Shown here: positions 30,291 through 41,042 of the stretch, in pieces | How positions within the stretch are numbered: position 1 is the first letter of the stretch | Layout: every line of letters begins with the position of its first letter | Assembly (NCBI GenBank): GCA_965205025.1 | Contig: CBDBFU010000015.1 | Coordinates: 160,001 to 224,000, forward strand | DNA length: 64,000 nucleotides | Source: Candidatus Poribacteria bacterium | GTDB lineage: Bacteria; Poribacteria; WGA-4E; WGA-3G | Reading direction: 5' to 3' | Translations under genes and position numbers: made by a program | The notes under the pieces: model-generated | What the model was told of the DNA's origin: nothing | The model's database searches: none | The model's input: the letters and a program-made list of their open reading frames with translations, nothing else

Positions 30291-30427
30291 TTAATACCTA
30301 TTTCAAGGATTGGATAACTTTTGATTCTACCGAATTGTGATCTGTTTCATGGAGCAAGTATAGGGTTCATCATTATCAGAGAAATAGTAATAGCTACAGC
30401 GACAATCGGTCTTATTCTACAAACTCC

Positions 30428-31201
30428 TTATGATTGTATCATCTCTCTGAATTTCTTTGTAAAATCACAACTCCGCCTTATACTCGCTACATCTTCCATC
30501 TTATATTGAATAACCAACGGACCAGAAAAACGAATCTCTTTCAGACCCTTTGCAAAAGTTTCGAAATCAAATATACCTCCACCCGGTTCACCTCGATCAC
30601 TTCCCGACATATGCACGTCCCCTAAACAGGTCTTCATAGCCAGTGCCGCTGCGTACGGATCTGCACTATCATTGTTTAGGTGATAGGTGTCACAGGTTAG
30701 ATACACAGATAATCCAGTATCCGATATAAACTCTACACCTTCACGATAGTTATCAAGCGGACATCCTTTCTCAAACTCAAGGGCAATTTTGATATCGTGT
30801 TCCTCACAGACAGGAATCATCTTGCCGAGGTTATCAGCAAGCGCGTCAAGGGAATCTTGCCTTGAAACATCTTGAGACGGATTCACCCAGACGCCAATAT
30901 ACTCCGCGTCAAACCTCCGTGCAACATTATGCACAATCTCAAAGTGCTGTAATGCTTCATCTTTTCTGGATGGGGTGGTTAATATATGATTACCAAAACC
31001 GATTGTGGGTACAACAAGGTTGTGTTTCTCAGCAAGACTAACTGCATCCTCAATCTCTGAGTTTGTTAGTTCACCGAGAAAAGCGGAATTTACAGGTATA
31101 TTGATGCCTTCATATCCTGCATCAGCAACAAGATCAAAAATCTCTGCCCGTTGGAATCTACCCAATGTTCCAGAATAGGGATCATAACAGATCTTTAACA
31201 T
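30428..31201 (-). CDS. Sugar phosphate isomerase/epimerase (xylose isomerase-like TIM barrel)
   Basis: IALEF, CDTYHL, DVHMSGSDRGEPGGG, FSGPLVI. Confidence 0.88.
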   Translation of the reverse strand: MLKICYDPYSGTLGRFQRAEIFDLVADAGYEGINIPVNSAFLGELTNSEIEDAVSLAEKHNLVVPTIGFGNHILTTPSRKDEALQHFEIVHNVARRFDAEYIGVWVNPSQDVSRQDSLDALADNLGKMIPVCEEHDIKIALEFEKGCPLDNYREGVEFISDTGLSVYLTCDTYHLNNDSADPYAAALAMKTCLGDVHMSGSDRGEPGGGIFDFETFAKGLKEIRFSGPLVIQYKMEDVASIRRSCDFTKKFREMIQS

Positions 31202-31224
31202 AGCGTCTCCATTTTCTTAAATAA

Positions 31225-32277
31225 TTAAACAGCAATACCAATCTCTTCACGCCAAGTATCCAACAGCTGCATATTTCCTAATGTATCATCCCATGACATT
31301 GCGGGTGCTTGACGATCCGCTATATGATTAGCGACCATATCGGCTTCATAAGTAAACAGATCACGATCCACTTCAACGGTTATTTCGGTTGGTTCACCAC
31401 GTTGAGATGAGTTAAGGACAATTGTACTTGGTGGGAAAAGTGTGTCTAAGGGGAGCGGACTTCTCGTACCTCTACATGGTGAAGAAGGAAGCCAAGGTTG
31501 AGGAATATCTATTGTACCCCCGGATCCGTAAACAGTTGCTCTACTTCCTATATTACACTCAACAGCAGTTGCTATTTCTGCGACGATTTCGTTTTCAAAT
31601 TTTAGGGTTGCAGCGGCAATATGGTCAACTCCCGTTGGTCCTACTTTTCCATGTGCTTTGACAGAAATTGGATTCAAAAAGGGTTTGTTTTCTGCTGCAC
31701 CTGCAACCTTACGTGCAAAAGAGGCAGCATAACATCCTACATCAAGGATACCTCCACCACCCATTTCACGATTGAAGAGTCTACCTTCAGGATTAAAGCC
31801 TGCTTGAAAACCGAAGGATGAACGAATAAACAGTACTTCACCGATTTCTCCCTCCTGTATCAACTCTACCATTCGCTGGATTTGTGGGTGACACCGATAC
31901 ATAAATGCTTCCATTAAGAACACATCATTTTTTCGGGCTGCTTCAACCATCGTTGCAGCAGTTGCATGGTTTACACTAATTGGTTTCTCAACCAGAACGT
32001 GTTTCTTTGCTTCTGCAGCCTTTATCATCCATTCTGCATGGTGTGGATGTATTGTAGCAATATAAACAGCGTCAATTTCATCATCGGCTAAGAGATCTTC
32101 ATAGGTGCCATAGTGACGTGGTATATCAAAGTTTTGAGCAAATTCTTCTGCCTTGGTTTTCGTACGACTGGCAACTGCAAGGATCTGTCCTGTATCGGTA
32201 AAACGCATCCCATTACAAAAAACATGTGCAATTCCTCCAGGTCCAATAACTCCCCAATTTAACATATAATTCTCCAT
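31225..32277 (-). CDS. Gfo/Idh/MocA family oxidoreductase
   Basis: WGVIGPGGIA, HVLVEKP, MEAFMYRCHP, GGGILDVGCY. Confidence 0.93.
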   Translation of the reverse strand: MENYMLNWGVIGPGGIAHVFCNGMRFTDTGQILAVASRTKTKAEEFAQNFDIPRHYGTYEDLLADDEIDAVYIATIHPHHAEWMIKAAEAKKHVLVEKPISVNHATAATMVEAARKNDVFLMEAFMYRCHPQIQRMVELIQEGEIGEVLFIRSSFGFQAGFNPEGRLFNREMGGGGILDVGCYAASFARKVAGAAENKPFLNPISVKAHGKVGPTGVDHIAAATLKFENEIVAEIATAVECNIGSRATVYGSGGTIDIPQPWLPSSPCRGTRSPLPLDTLFPPSTIVLNSSQRGEPTEITVEVDRDLFTYEADMVANHIADRQAPAMSWDDTLGNMQLLDTWREEIGIAV

Positions 32278-32658
32278 CTAATGTGTAGGTATTGATGTTC
32301 CAATATATCATATAACATCTTTTTTAGCAATAAATGGGAACGATCGGGTGCGTAAATAATTTGTCACTATAGACGTCAATTTAAGCATTAGACTCGTGGT
32401 AGGAGTGCATTCCTTTCATACTTAAGTTATACAATTATTAACGCATGTGATTCACGAAGAATTGATCTACTTTAAATTATAAACCCTTATAGAATACGGG
32501 TTCGTGGAATTGCTCCGTGAAGGTTTCCGTGAAAGTGTAATCATCTCAGAACAATAAACATTAACACTTTCCATTCACATTATCCATACATCTAACGAAA
32601 CACGGAAATACATCCTGTATTTCCCTGATTTCAGATATATATGATGTTTTCTAAAGAA

Positions 32659-33126
32659 TTATACATCAAGTTCTGTGCCACACCGCGGACATTCAGCACC
32701 CCATGTTGACCTTCTACCTTCTCCACAGCCATGACATTCACCGAACGGATGCTCATCTGGTTTTGCTCGTGCACCACCTTTTTTATAAGTAATTATACGC
32801 CAAACCGTTTCCCCATCCTCTTCCCAACAGTGCCATACACCCTCTTTTCTTCCGTCGGAAGATGTTCCATCATGGATTTTGTAAGGACCACCCCATTTGC
32901 GATTCCCATTTTCATGGTAACATATATACTCCCCTTCGTACTTATCATCGCGGAAGTAGGCTACGCTGGAAATGTTCCCATTCTTGTGGTATAGTATCCA
33001 CTTCCCATCCTTTTTACCATGGACGAAGTTCCCTTCGCTTCGCTTTAATCCGCTCGCGAAATAGGTAATCCAATATCCATGCTTTTTACCATCAACCATC
33101 TCGCCTGTATCTCGTGAACTTGCCAT
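32659..33126 (-). CDS. MORN-variant repeat (YwqK-like) protein with C-terminal zinc ribbon
   Basis: GKKHGYWITYFASG, GKKDGKWILYHKNG, YHENGN repeats; CHGC...CPRC; no signal peptide. Confidence 0.85.
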   Translation of the reverse strand: MASSRDTGEMVDGKKHGYWITYFASGLKRSEGNFVHGKKDGKWILYHKNGNISSVAYFRDDKYEGEYICYHENGNRKWGGPYKIHDGTSSDGRKEGVWHCWEEDGETVWRIITYKKGGARAKPDEHPFGECHGCGEGRRSTWGAECPRCGTELDV

Positions 33127-33305
33127 AATTTCATCCTCTGGTGTAGTAGTATAAATGTCTACCCGTTTTATTAGGAATACCTATTACAAGTTTAATCAAG
33201 GTATTCTCCAAGATTTTTCAACGTTCTTACCAACTTTGTAAAAAAGGGTGTTGTAACGCATGCAGAAGACATATAATTGAAAGGCTGCGGACATCTTTGT
33301 ATAGT

Positions 33306-34490
33306 TTATTTTACAATATCTGGATCAAGTTCCATTGCTTTTTCAAAATCTGCCTTTGCCGCATCCTGTTGTCCAAGTGCCTTTTTTGCAAGGGAGCGAT
33401 TCAGGTAAGCCACTGCTGCGTACTCTGAATTTAGTTCGATAGCATTATCATAATCACTTATCGCACCTTTATAGTCTCCAAGTTTCTGTTTCGCATTCCC
33501 TCGGTTTATGTATGCTGCTACCTCCTGTGAGTTTATTTTGATGACTTTATCATAATCATTTATCGCACCTTTATGATCACCAAGATTATTCCTTGATAAC
33601 CCTCGACTGATGTAGTTTAGGACATTTTCTGGATTTAGTTCGATAGCTTTATCATAATCACTTATCGCATCTATATTGTCACCAAGATTACTTTTCGCTT
33701 TTCCGCGCTTAAAGTAGGCATAAATAGACTCAGGGTCCAACCGAATAGCTTCATCTAAATTGGCTATTGCCTTGTCATATTGTTCTTTATCGTAATTCAT
33801 TTCTCCTTTAACGTAGTAGGCGTAGGAACGAATTGGTTTTCGTTTATGCCACTGTTTCAAAGACTCATTTGATTCTGACTGCATAAGCAATACCTTGACT
33901 GTATTGGAGGGAATAGCATGGCTAAAAAAATTACTATCAAAGGACTGAATTCCTACGACTTGTCCCTTACTGTTAAGCACGGGACCTCCGCTACTTCCAC
34001 TGGTAATATGAACGATCATCCTGAGCCACTTATCGCTATCCCGTATGCTGTGGAGTGTTCCCTCAGCAACCTTGTACTTCCCCTTAGGAAATCCTACAGC
34101 AGAAATAGGTTCGTTACCTCTTACAACATCGCTATTCCCAAAAGGAGGTGCCTCACCTTCACCCACAACATTTAAAATAACAAGGTCATTTTTTACATCA
34201 AACGCAGCAACACCTTTGACTTTCCAAGTCGTCTTTTTATCTGCTGATTTCATGGAGACAGGTCCTGGATGTGCGATAACATGAATGTTAGTCACAACCT
34301 TGTTACGATCCACGAAAAATCCGCTCCCATTATACGTTGAAAAAAAACCGAGTTTGCTTTCTACCCTGACAATAGAATTTCTGTATTTTTGGAATTCTGC
34401 GGTATTTTCAATAATCTGTTGGGGAGCTATCGCACAAGAAAAGAGAATCTCCAACATGAGAACACCTAAAAAATAATTTAAAGTACTCAT
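33306..34490 (-). CDS. Trypsin-like serine protease with TPR repeats (lipoprotein)
   Basis: LFSC lipobox; GSGFFV, TNIHVI, NDL, GSSGGP (complete triad); C-terminal TPRs. Confidence 0.9.
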   Translation of the reverse strand: MSTLNYFLGVLMLEILFSCAIAPQQIIENTAEFQKYRNSIVRVESKLGFFSTYNGSGFFVDRNKVVTNIHVIAHPGPVSMKSADKKTTWKVKGVAAFDVKNDLVILNVVGEGEAPPFGNSDVVRGNEPISAVGFPKGKYKVAEGTLHSIRDSDKWLRMIVHITSGSSGGPVLNSKGQVVGIQSFDSNFFSHAIPSNTVKVLLMQSESNESLKQWHKRKPIRSYAYYVKGEMNYDKEQYDKAIANLDEAIRLDPESIYAYFKRGKAKSNLGDNIDAISDYDKAIELNPENVLNYISRGLSRNNLGDHKGAINDYDKVIKINSQEVAAYINRGNAKQKLGDYKGAISDYDNAIELNSEYAAVAYLNRSLAKKALGQQDAAKADFEKAMELDPDIVK

Positions 34491-34526
34491 TCAAAACGTA
34501 TCTACAAATTGGTTTCAACATAATTT

Positions 34527-34729
34527 CATAAATCACCTTCATGTTTTCCATTACAAAATGATTCTTCACCAGACTGATTCCCGATTTTGTGATAATATAT
34601 CCACAGACCGTTCTTGTTTCCTTTAACGTAGTTCCCCCTCACTTCGTTTTAATCCACTTGCATAATAAGTAATCCAATTTCCAGGTATTTTACTATTAAC
34701 CATTTCACTAAATCTTTATTACTTGCCAT
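34527..34729 (-). pseudogene. Decayed MORN-repeat gene remnant
   Basis: Frameshifted homolog of the MORN genes: MAS..EMVNSKIPGNWITYYASGLKRSEG..NGLWIYYHKIGNQSGEESFCNGKHEGD; GGAGG RBS upstream. Confidence 0.75.
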
Positions 34730-34786
34730 AATTTACCTCCCAGACAGGATAGAATTATCAGCCTTTATTCATAAATACTTTAGATA

Positions 34787-37234
34787 TTATATTCCGAACC
34801 AATATCGACATTTAATCAGTAAGATGTTCTCTCCTTTGTCTGTGAGACTGCTGCCCAAGCGATGTAACGGACGGAGATTAAGGTCTGCTTCCTGAACTGA
34901 TTCCAAGACAGCTTCACGCGATTGAGACCAGACGAAAAACAGCGTACTTCCAGGACGAAATTCCCAGCGGAGAACAGTATTACCACGCAACGAACGTCTA
35001 TGGAAGTCCCGATTCTCATTTAGCGGATATGGTTCAAACTGATAAGACTTCGGTTCTACTAATTCTTTAAAGTTCGTAAAATCACCGATAGTAATGAAAG
35101 GTTGCACATAGAATTGGAGGCTCAGCGTTGGGGTGAAACTAATGTTCGCCCGTGTTGTGAAATCAAGTGTACGGTTCTCCAGTTCCCCATAAACGTAATG
35201 TTGCTGCGTTTTCCCATTGATATGCTTTTCAACGATATCCACCCATTGTGCATCCCGCTTCTGATAGTTATATCGTGGACCAACGGTAAACTCAACGTTA
35301 GATGCGATCCGAATGCGTAAGCTGAATCGGACATCGTACCCATACGAACTTTTATCGTCAGTCCATGAGAAGATTGGATTCAGCTCTAATTGAAGCATTT
35401 TACGAGTGTCAGTTGCCAACCGGGTGGCAACCCACCAACCCGATGGATTCTTAATCAACGTCCCGCCACGTCGAACATCTTCATCACTAAAGGATTCAAA
35501 GTTACGTCCAATCCAGAATTCGTAATCCCAATAGTTTTTAAAACGGCCAATTGTCCAAATTTCCGAGAAACTATTGATATTCACCCTGTCATAATTCCAA
35601 GTGCGCCAGCCATAAAGCCCAAATCTGACACGTCGGAAGATGCTAAATGGATTCTCTTTGCGTATCGTGAAGTCGTAATTCCAATCTAATTTGTCACCAC
35701 GTTGACTAAAACCGAGGTCATTTGTCTCAAAAGCCGGGGAGAGTGCTTTAAAATCGGTATCAAATCTCAACCATCCACCGCGTTTAGCAAAGTTGAAGTG
35801 GGTAAGGTAGCCTGATTTGCGGGTATCGAGTTTTCCTGCCTGACTTCCGGCTAAAGTGCCCCTTATTAGGTATCGCTCTTTGGCAAATTTCAAATCCCAA
35901 TCAAGTCCACCCACATAAGCAGCATTGGAGTTTTGACGGTTAACTGCTGTGGTTATCAACCCAACACGCGAATTCCCTTTTAGCACGTCTTGAGTGATGC
36001 GCCCTACAAAGTGGTTCGTCAAGGGTTCAACGAGATGTTCACTACGATTGCCGTTTTTCGTGATTTGGGCATATTCGGGTGCGGTAACTGCCTCCATGAT
36101 GCCAAAAGAAGTGTTACTATCAGTTCTACCGACAATCTTGGCGGCACCAAGTATCGTGGTCGATTCAGGACGGCTCAGTTCCTCGGCACCAGTGGGAATA
36201 TCAAAATGTCCCGGGCGTCGGCCAATACGTCGGGAATAAAAGAATCGATGTCCACTGGTTTGAAAGATAGACGCTCCCTCAACAAAGAAGGGACGACGTT
36301 CTTCAAAAAACTCCTCATAAGCGGATAAGTTTAAACTGGCAGGATCTGCTTCTACCTGCCCAAAATCGGGGTTGATTGTGGCATTGAGGGTGGTTCCGGT
36401 GCTAATTCCATATTGGATATCAGTACCAACATTTCCACTCAAATCAGTTTCGCTATTGAAGATCGCTCTGCCCATTGCATAAGGAACGATTTCAACATGT
36501 TGGGATGGACGGATATCTTTTATGCCAGTTAGATCACCCAAACGGGCAACCCAGCCTGGTTCATCCTTCTTAATTAACCGCCAATGTGCATCTTCTTTTT
36601 TTCTGCTAATATACCGATTAACTTGGAGACCCCAAACATATTCATCCTTTGGAGAAAAGCGCAGTACATAAAACGGGATTTTATACTCGACAGACCAACC
36701 GTCCGCGTGAATTCGCGTCTTAGCATCCCACACACCATCCCATGTCCTGTCGGGATATTTATTATCGGATATAATACCGTCTGTCACAGACCCTGAAGGA
36801 TGCACAGTAAACCAGAAAGCACTCTGTCTGTTGTAGTGTGGATCAATGTTAATATTGACTTTATCTACGTCAACAAAAACATTATCCCGTCTAATCAATT
36901 GCTTATCTATTTTTTTCGGTTCACTGTCATAGCACATGATTCCAAAGTAGAGTGCCTCGTCATCGTAGGCGACTTGGAACGTAGTGCGTTCTGTTGCAGG
37001 TTTTCCTTCATCGGGATCACGCTGGCGAAAACCTTCGTGGAGTGGGGCAACCTTCCAGATCGCATCATCCAAAATACCATCCAATTTTGGTTGGGATCCT
37101 TTAAGGCGAATAGCAGTGGCGGAACGGTGTGGTGAGACTTCTTCGACTTCAGCTTTTAGGCCGCCTGAGAATTGAAACACAAACAAAATCAAGACAAATT
37201 CCCAGACTATGCAATTGCCTAAATCAATTTTCAT
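34787..37234 (-). CDS. CBM9/DOMON-like + DUF5916 outer-membrane protein
   Basis: PKLDGILDDAIW, AYDDEALYF, NATINPDFGQVEADP, EERRPFFVEG, FYSRRIGR, VLRWEFRPGSTLFFVW. Confidence 0.9.
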   Translation of the reverse strand: MKIDLGNCIVWEFVLILFVFQFSGGLKAEVEEVSPHRSATAIRLKGSQPKLDGILDDAIWKVAPLHEGFRQRDPDEGKPATERTTFQVAYDDEALYFGIMCYDSEPKKIDKQLIRRDNVFVDVDKVNINIDPHYNRQSAFWFTVHPSGSVTDGIISDNKYPDRTWDGVWDAKTRIHADGWSVEYKIPFYVLRFSPKDEYVWGLQVNRYISRKKEDAHWRLIKKDEPGWVARLGDLTGIKDIRPSQHVEIVPYAMGRAIFNSETDLSGNVGTDIQYGISTGTTLNATINPDFGQVEADPASLNLSAYEEFFEERRPFFVEGASIFQTSGHRFFYSRRIGRRPGHFDIPTGAEELSRPESTTILGAAKIVGRTDSNTSFGIMEAVTAPEYAQITKNGNRSEHLVEPLTNHFVGRITQDVLKGNSRVGLITTAVNRQNSNAAYVGGLDWDLKFAKERYLIRGTLAGSQAGKLDTRKSGYLTHFNFAKRGGWLRFDTDFKALSPAFETNDLGFSQRGDKLDWNYDFTIRKENPFSIFRRVRFGLYGWRTWNYDRVNINSFSEIWTIGRFKNYWDYEFWIGRNFESFSDEDVRRGGTLIKNPSGWWVATRLATDTRKMLQLELNPIFSWTDDKSSYGYDVRFSLRIRIASNVEFTVGPRYNYQKRDAQWVDIVEKHINGKTQQHYVYGELENRTLDFTTRANISFTPTLSLQFYVQPFITIGDFTNFKELVEPKSYQFEPYPLNENRDFHRRSLRGNTVLRWEFRPGSTLFFVWSQSREAVLESVQEADLNLRPLHRLGSSLTDKGENILLIKCRYWFGI

Positions 37235-37349
37235 ATTGCTTCCGTTCTCCTACGCGTGTCGTTGTTTAATCTTAACGCTTCAACGGATGCATTTTGTAGT
37301 AAAACCTTCCTCCAAAAAGAAGTTGTGAATGTTTTTAGGCGTAGGTTCA

Positions 37350-37813
37350 CTAAAGCACTGCTTTACCTTTCTTGATGCTACCCCAAGTTGTTGTTAATCT
37401 GCCAGCGGGAGAGACAGCAAGTGCATCCTCCAATCCTTTTGTCATAATATCATTGATGTCGTCTACATCCCAGCGGGGTTGTTGAAAATAGCTACCTCGT
37501 CGAGAACACCCGAAAAATCCCAACCTGCTCCACCTTTCCATCGTGCTAACCAGATAGAACCGCTTTCATTGTTTTTGGTAAGATCGGGTTGTCCAACGTT
37601 GATGTCTGCGGCTTTTTCACCGTCGCCATATAATATAAGCGTCTTGCCATCATTTCCTTTTCCTGAAGAGTCCTAAACTTCTGCCCCTTTTCCTAAATCA
37701 AAGAGCCACACACCCATTACAGATTCTGCGTCAATTGCCGCAAAACTTTCATGAACCCATAATCCAGTAACAAATAGGACCGATATAATCATCAAAATAT
37801 TAAAAACTTTCAT
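37350..37813 (-). pseudogene. LamG/concanavalin-like secreted protein, degraded (in-frame stop, internal deletion, frameshift)
   Basis: MKVFNILMII..AAIDAESVMGVWLFDLGKGAEV*DSSGKGNDG...WDFSGVLDEVAIFN...LAVSPAGRLTTTWGSIK. Confidence 0.8.
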
Positions 37814-38050
37814 TTTCAGCCTCCTATTATTTTATTATCCTGTACGACAAACTATAAGTCAAGCTCTGTACCGCATCAAGTGTGTAAATATTTTGTCCCT
37901 TGTTGTTCACAGAAGAAATCCAAGTTAATCTCCAATATGCTTGTGGCAATCAAGAAATCAGGTTAAAACCCTCCCACAAGAAAAAGCAAGGTTAGTGACA
38001 AAAACTTTACACACCCGACCGCATCGTGTGATTCTTAGAAATACATACTA

Positions 38051-38166
38051 ATACCATTTCTATTTAAATAGTTCACATTACGATCACTCTTAGAAGTCCC
38101 CCTGATAAGGGGGATTTAGGGGGTTTCTTCAATTAGTAATGAGTAATCATCAATTAGAAATGGTAT
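38051..38166. mobile_element. Miniature IR-bounded element with an internal hairpin
   Basis: IR ATACCATTTCTATTT/AATTAGAAATGGTAT (14/15 match); inner TCCCCC-TGATAA-GGGGGA at 38097-38114. Confidence 0.6.
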
Positions 38167-38199
38167 AATACATAAAAAGTGTTAACCATACCACAATGA

Positions 38200-38315
38200 C
38201 AAGACTTACGTAAATTGATCAAATATCGGAAATTTAGATATCAAAAGTGGTAATTTTCGTATTTTTAACCTCCTTCCGGTTATCAGTGGACTTTAAGAGA
38301 AAAGCGTAAGTCCTG
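38200..38315. mobile_element. Miniature IR-bounded element
   Basis: IR CAAGACTTACG/CGTAAGTCCTG (10/11 match). Confidence 0.4.
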
Positions 38316-38659
38316 AATAATTATTTTTCTTGCAACTTTTTTGGATATTGGTTTAAACTATATTATAATGTTATTTCATTGACTATCGTTCTCAGAACAT
38401 GTAGTGATTATAGTAAATCCTATATTTACTACACTGCTGTAGTGTAAACTTTCAGTTTGCATAGATACGAAGACAGAAACCCATAAGTTTACGCTGCGGT
38501 ACATACGGTAGGCAAGGTTCCTAACCTCGCAGTTGCAGAGCATCCAAATGATTCTTAAAATAGTATCTGTTTCTAAATGATTCAATGTGTGACATTTCTT
38601 ATTCAAGTCTCTTGATAGGCTAGAATAGCCTTCTTATACTATAAACAAAGACATACCGT

Positions 38660-40459
38660 ATGATAAAGAAACACGCGTTTATCTTTTCTCTATTTTTAAC
38701 GTTTCATGTATTTTTTTCAACGGTCGCATCCGCACAAGAAGATGTGCAACAATGGGGTTTACCGGAAGGTGCTATCAGACGTATCGGTAAAGGTACCATC
38801 AGTGAAGTTGTCTATTCTCCAGATGGTCAGCGACTTGCTGTTGCAAGCACCGTTGGTATATGGATTTACGATGTACACACCACTCATCCCTTGAACCTAC
38901 TTACGGAACATACAAATAGTGTTAAAAGTGTGTGTTTCTCCCCGGATGGTAGCACAATCGCAAGTGGGAGTCGTGACAAAACCGTTCGTTTATGGGAGGT
39001 AAACACTGGTAAGAATATAAAAACGCTCAAAGCACATACAGATAGTGTTGAGAGTGTGAGTTTCTCTCCAGATGGTAACACAATCGCAACCGGGAGTGCA
39101 AGTCTGTTTAGGGACAGCACTGTCCGTTTATGGGACGTAAATACAGGTAGAAATATAAAAACGCTCAAAGCACATACAGATAGTGTTGAGAGTGTGAGTT
39201 TCTCTCCAGATGGTAACACAATCGCAAGTGGTGGTGGTGGTGGACGTTTTGACAACACCATTCGTTTATGGGACGTAAATACAGGTAGAAATATAAAAAC
39301 GCTCAAAGCACATACAGATAGTGTTGAGAGTGTAAGTTTCTCTCCAGATGGTAGCACAATCACAAGTGGGAGTCGTGACAAATCCGTTCGTCTATGGGAC
39401 GTAAATACAGGCGAACTTCTCAAAACACTCATAGGACATTCAGGTGGTGTTGCGAGTGTGAGTTTCTCCCCGGATGGAAGCACCCTCGCAAGTGGGAGTT
39501 TGGACAGAACCGTTCGTATATGGGACGCAAAAACAGGTAGAAACATCAATACGCTCAAAGGACATACAAGTTATGTCTTGAGTGTGAGTTTCTCACCAGA
39601 TATTAGAACCATTGCAAGTGGAAGTATAGACAGCACTGTTCGTATCTGGGAAGTTACCACAGGTAGAAAAATTAAAACACTCACAGGACATACTGATCTG
39701 CTTACCAGTGTGAGTTTCTCCCCGGATGGTAGCACAATCGCAAGTGGGAGTCGGTTTGGGGACAGAACCGTTCGTTTATGGAACGCAAAAACAGGTAGAA
39801 ACATTAATACGCTCTCTGACCATACGGATTGGGTCAGTAGCATGAGTTTCTCTCCTGATAGTAGTACCATCGCAATTGGGGTTCAGGACAGAACCGTTCG
39901 TTTATGGGGCGTAAAAACAGGCAGAATCGTAAATACGTACAAAGGACATTTGGGTTGGGTTGAGAGTGTGAACTTCTCCCCGGATGGTAGCATACTCGCA
40001 ACCGGGAGTCGGGACAGAACCGTTCGTTTATGGGACGTAAAAACAGGAAGAAATATCCACATACTCACAGGACATGCAAGTTATGTTGTGAGTGTGAGTT
40101 TCTCCCCGGATGGTAGCATACTCGCAACCGGGAGTGATTTTAATGACAACACTGCTCGTCTATGGGACGTGAAAACAGGTAGAAATATCAACACGCTCAC
40201 TGGACATAATAGTGTGAGTTTCTCACCAGATGGTACCATCCTCGCAAGTGGCGGTTCAAACACCGTTCATTTATGGGACCCAAAAACAGGTAAAAATCTA
40301 AAATCACTTAGAGGACATACATATTCGGTCAGTTGTATGAGTTTCTCCCTGGATGGTAACGTCCTTGCAAGTGGGAGTTTAGACGGCACAATTCTACTGT
40401 GGGATGTCAGCTCGTTATTGTTGGAGTTACACACACCTGCTCAACGTCAAACACGATAG
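38660..40459 (+). CDS. Secreted WD40 repeat protein
   Basis: Signal peptide; WGLPEGAIRRIGKG; about 13 GHT..V.SVSFSPDG.TIASGS.D.TVRLWD repeats. Confidence 0.93.
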   Translation: MIKKHAFIFSLFLTFHVFFSTVASAQEDVQQWGLPEGAIRRIGKGTISEVVYSPDGQRLAVASTVGIWIYDVHTTHPLNLLTEHTNSVKSVCFSPDGSTIASGSRDKTVRLWEVNTGKNIKTLKAHTDSVESVSFSPDGNTIATGSASLFRDSTVRLWDVNTGRNIKTLKAHTDSVESVSFSPDGNTIASGGGGGRFDNTIRLWDVNTGRNIKTLKAHTDSVESVSFSPDGSTITSGSRDKSVRLWDVNTGELLKTLIGHSGGVASVSFSPDGSTLASGSLDRTVRIWDAKTGRNINTLKGHTSYVLSVSFSPDIRTIASGSIDSTVRIWEVTTGRKIKTLTGHTDLLTSVSFSPDGSTIASGSRFGDRTVRLWNAKTGRNINTLSDHTDWVSSMSFSPDSSTIAIGVQDRTVRLWGVKTGRIVNTYKGHLGWVESVNFSPDGSILATGSRDRTVRLWDVKTGRNIHILTGHASYVVSVSFSPDGSILATGSDFNDNTARLWDVKTGRNINTLTGHNSVSFSPDGTILASGGSNTVHLWDPKTGKNLKSLRGHTYSVSCMSFSLDGNVLASGSLDGTILLWDVSSLLLELHTPAQRQTR

Positions 40460-40562
40460 ACAACTGTACAACTACACACCTAACAAATCCTGTAGCAGAT
40501 TACTAAACCGGGTTAGTCTTCACGCTCTTTATCGTCATGGAAAACGCTGATTAGGAGTTATC

Positions 40563-41027
40563 TTAGTCAAGTTCTGAGCCACACATTGGACAGTTATCTT
40601 TCCAATTGGAACGTCTACCTTCACCGCAACCGTGACATTCACCGAACGGATGTTCATCTGGTTTCGCGCGCGCACCACCTTTTTTATAGGTGATGATACG
40701 CCAGACCGTTTCGCCATCCTCTTCCCAGCAGAGCCAGATACCTTCTTTTCTACCATCGGAAGAAGTGCCATCATGTTTTTTGTAGGGACCACCCCATTTG
40801 CGATTCCCATTTTCATGGTAGCATATATAATCGCCTTCGTACTTATCATCACGGAAGTAGGCTACGCTGGAAATGTTTCCATTCTTGTGATAGAGAATCC
40901 ATTTCCCATCCTTTTTACCATGGGCGAAGTTCCATTCGCTACGTTTTAATCCATTCGCGTAATAGGTGATCCAATACCCGTGTTTTTTACCGTTGACCAT
41001 CTCACCTGTATCTCGTGAACTTGACAT
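40563..41027 (-). CDS. MORN-variant repeat protein with C-terminal zinc ribbon
   Basis: Close paralog of 32659..33126; CHGC...CPMC. Confidence 0.85.
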   Translation of the reverse strand: MSSSRDTGEMVNGKKHGYWITYYANGLKRSEWNFAHGKKDGKWILYHKNGNISSVAYFRDDKYEGDYICYHENGNRKWGGPYKKHDGTSSDGRKEGIWLCWEEDGETVWRIITYKKGGARAKPDEHPFGECHGCGEGRRSNWKDNCPMCGSELD

Positions 41028-41042
41028 AATTCACCTCTTGAC

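Noticed and set aside
38409-38643. TATAGTA...TACTATA ends as an IS630-derived MITE
   Set aside because: The IR is only 7-8 bp in AT-rich DNA; too weak without other copies.
38884-40263. Long antisense ORFs with repeated LPSGEK
   Set aside because: These are shadow frames of the WD40 repeats. The same applies to antisense ORFs over the LRR, TPR, Rieske and DUF5916 genes.
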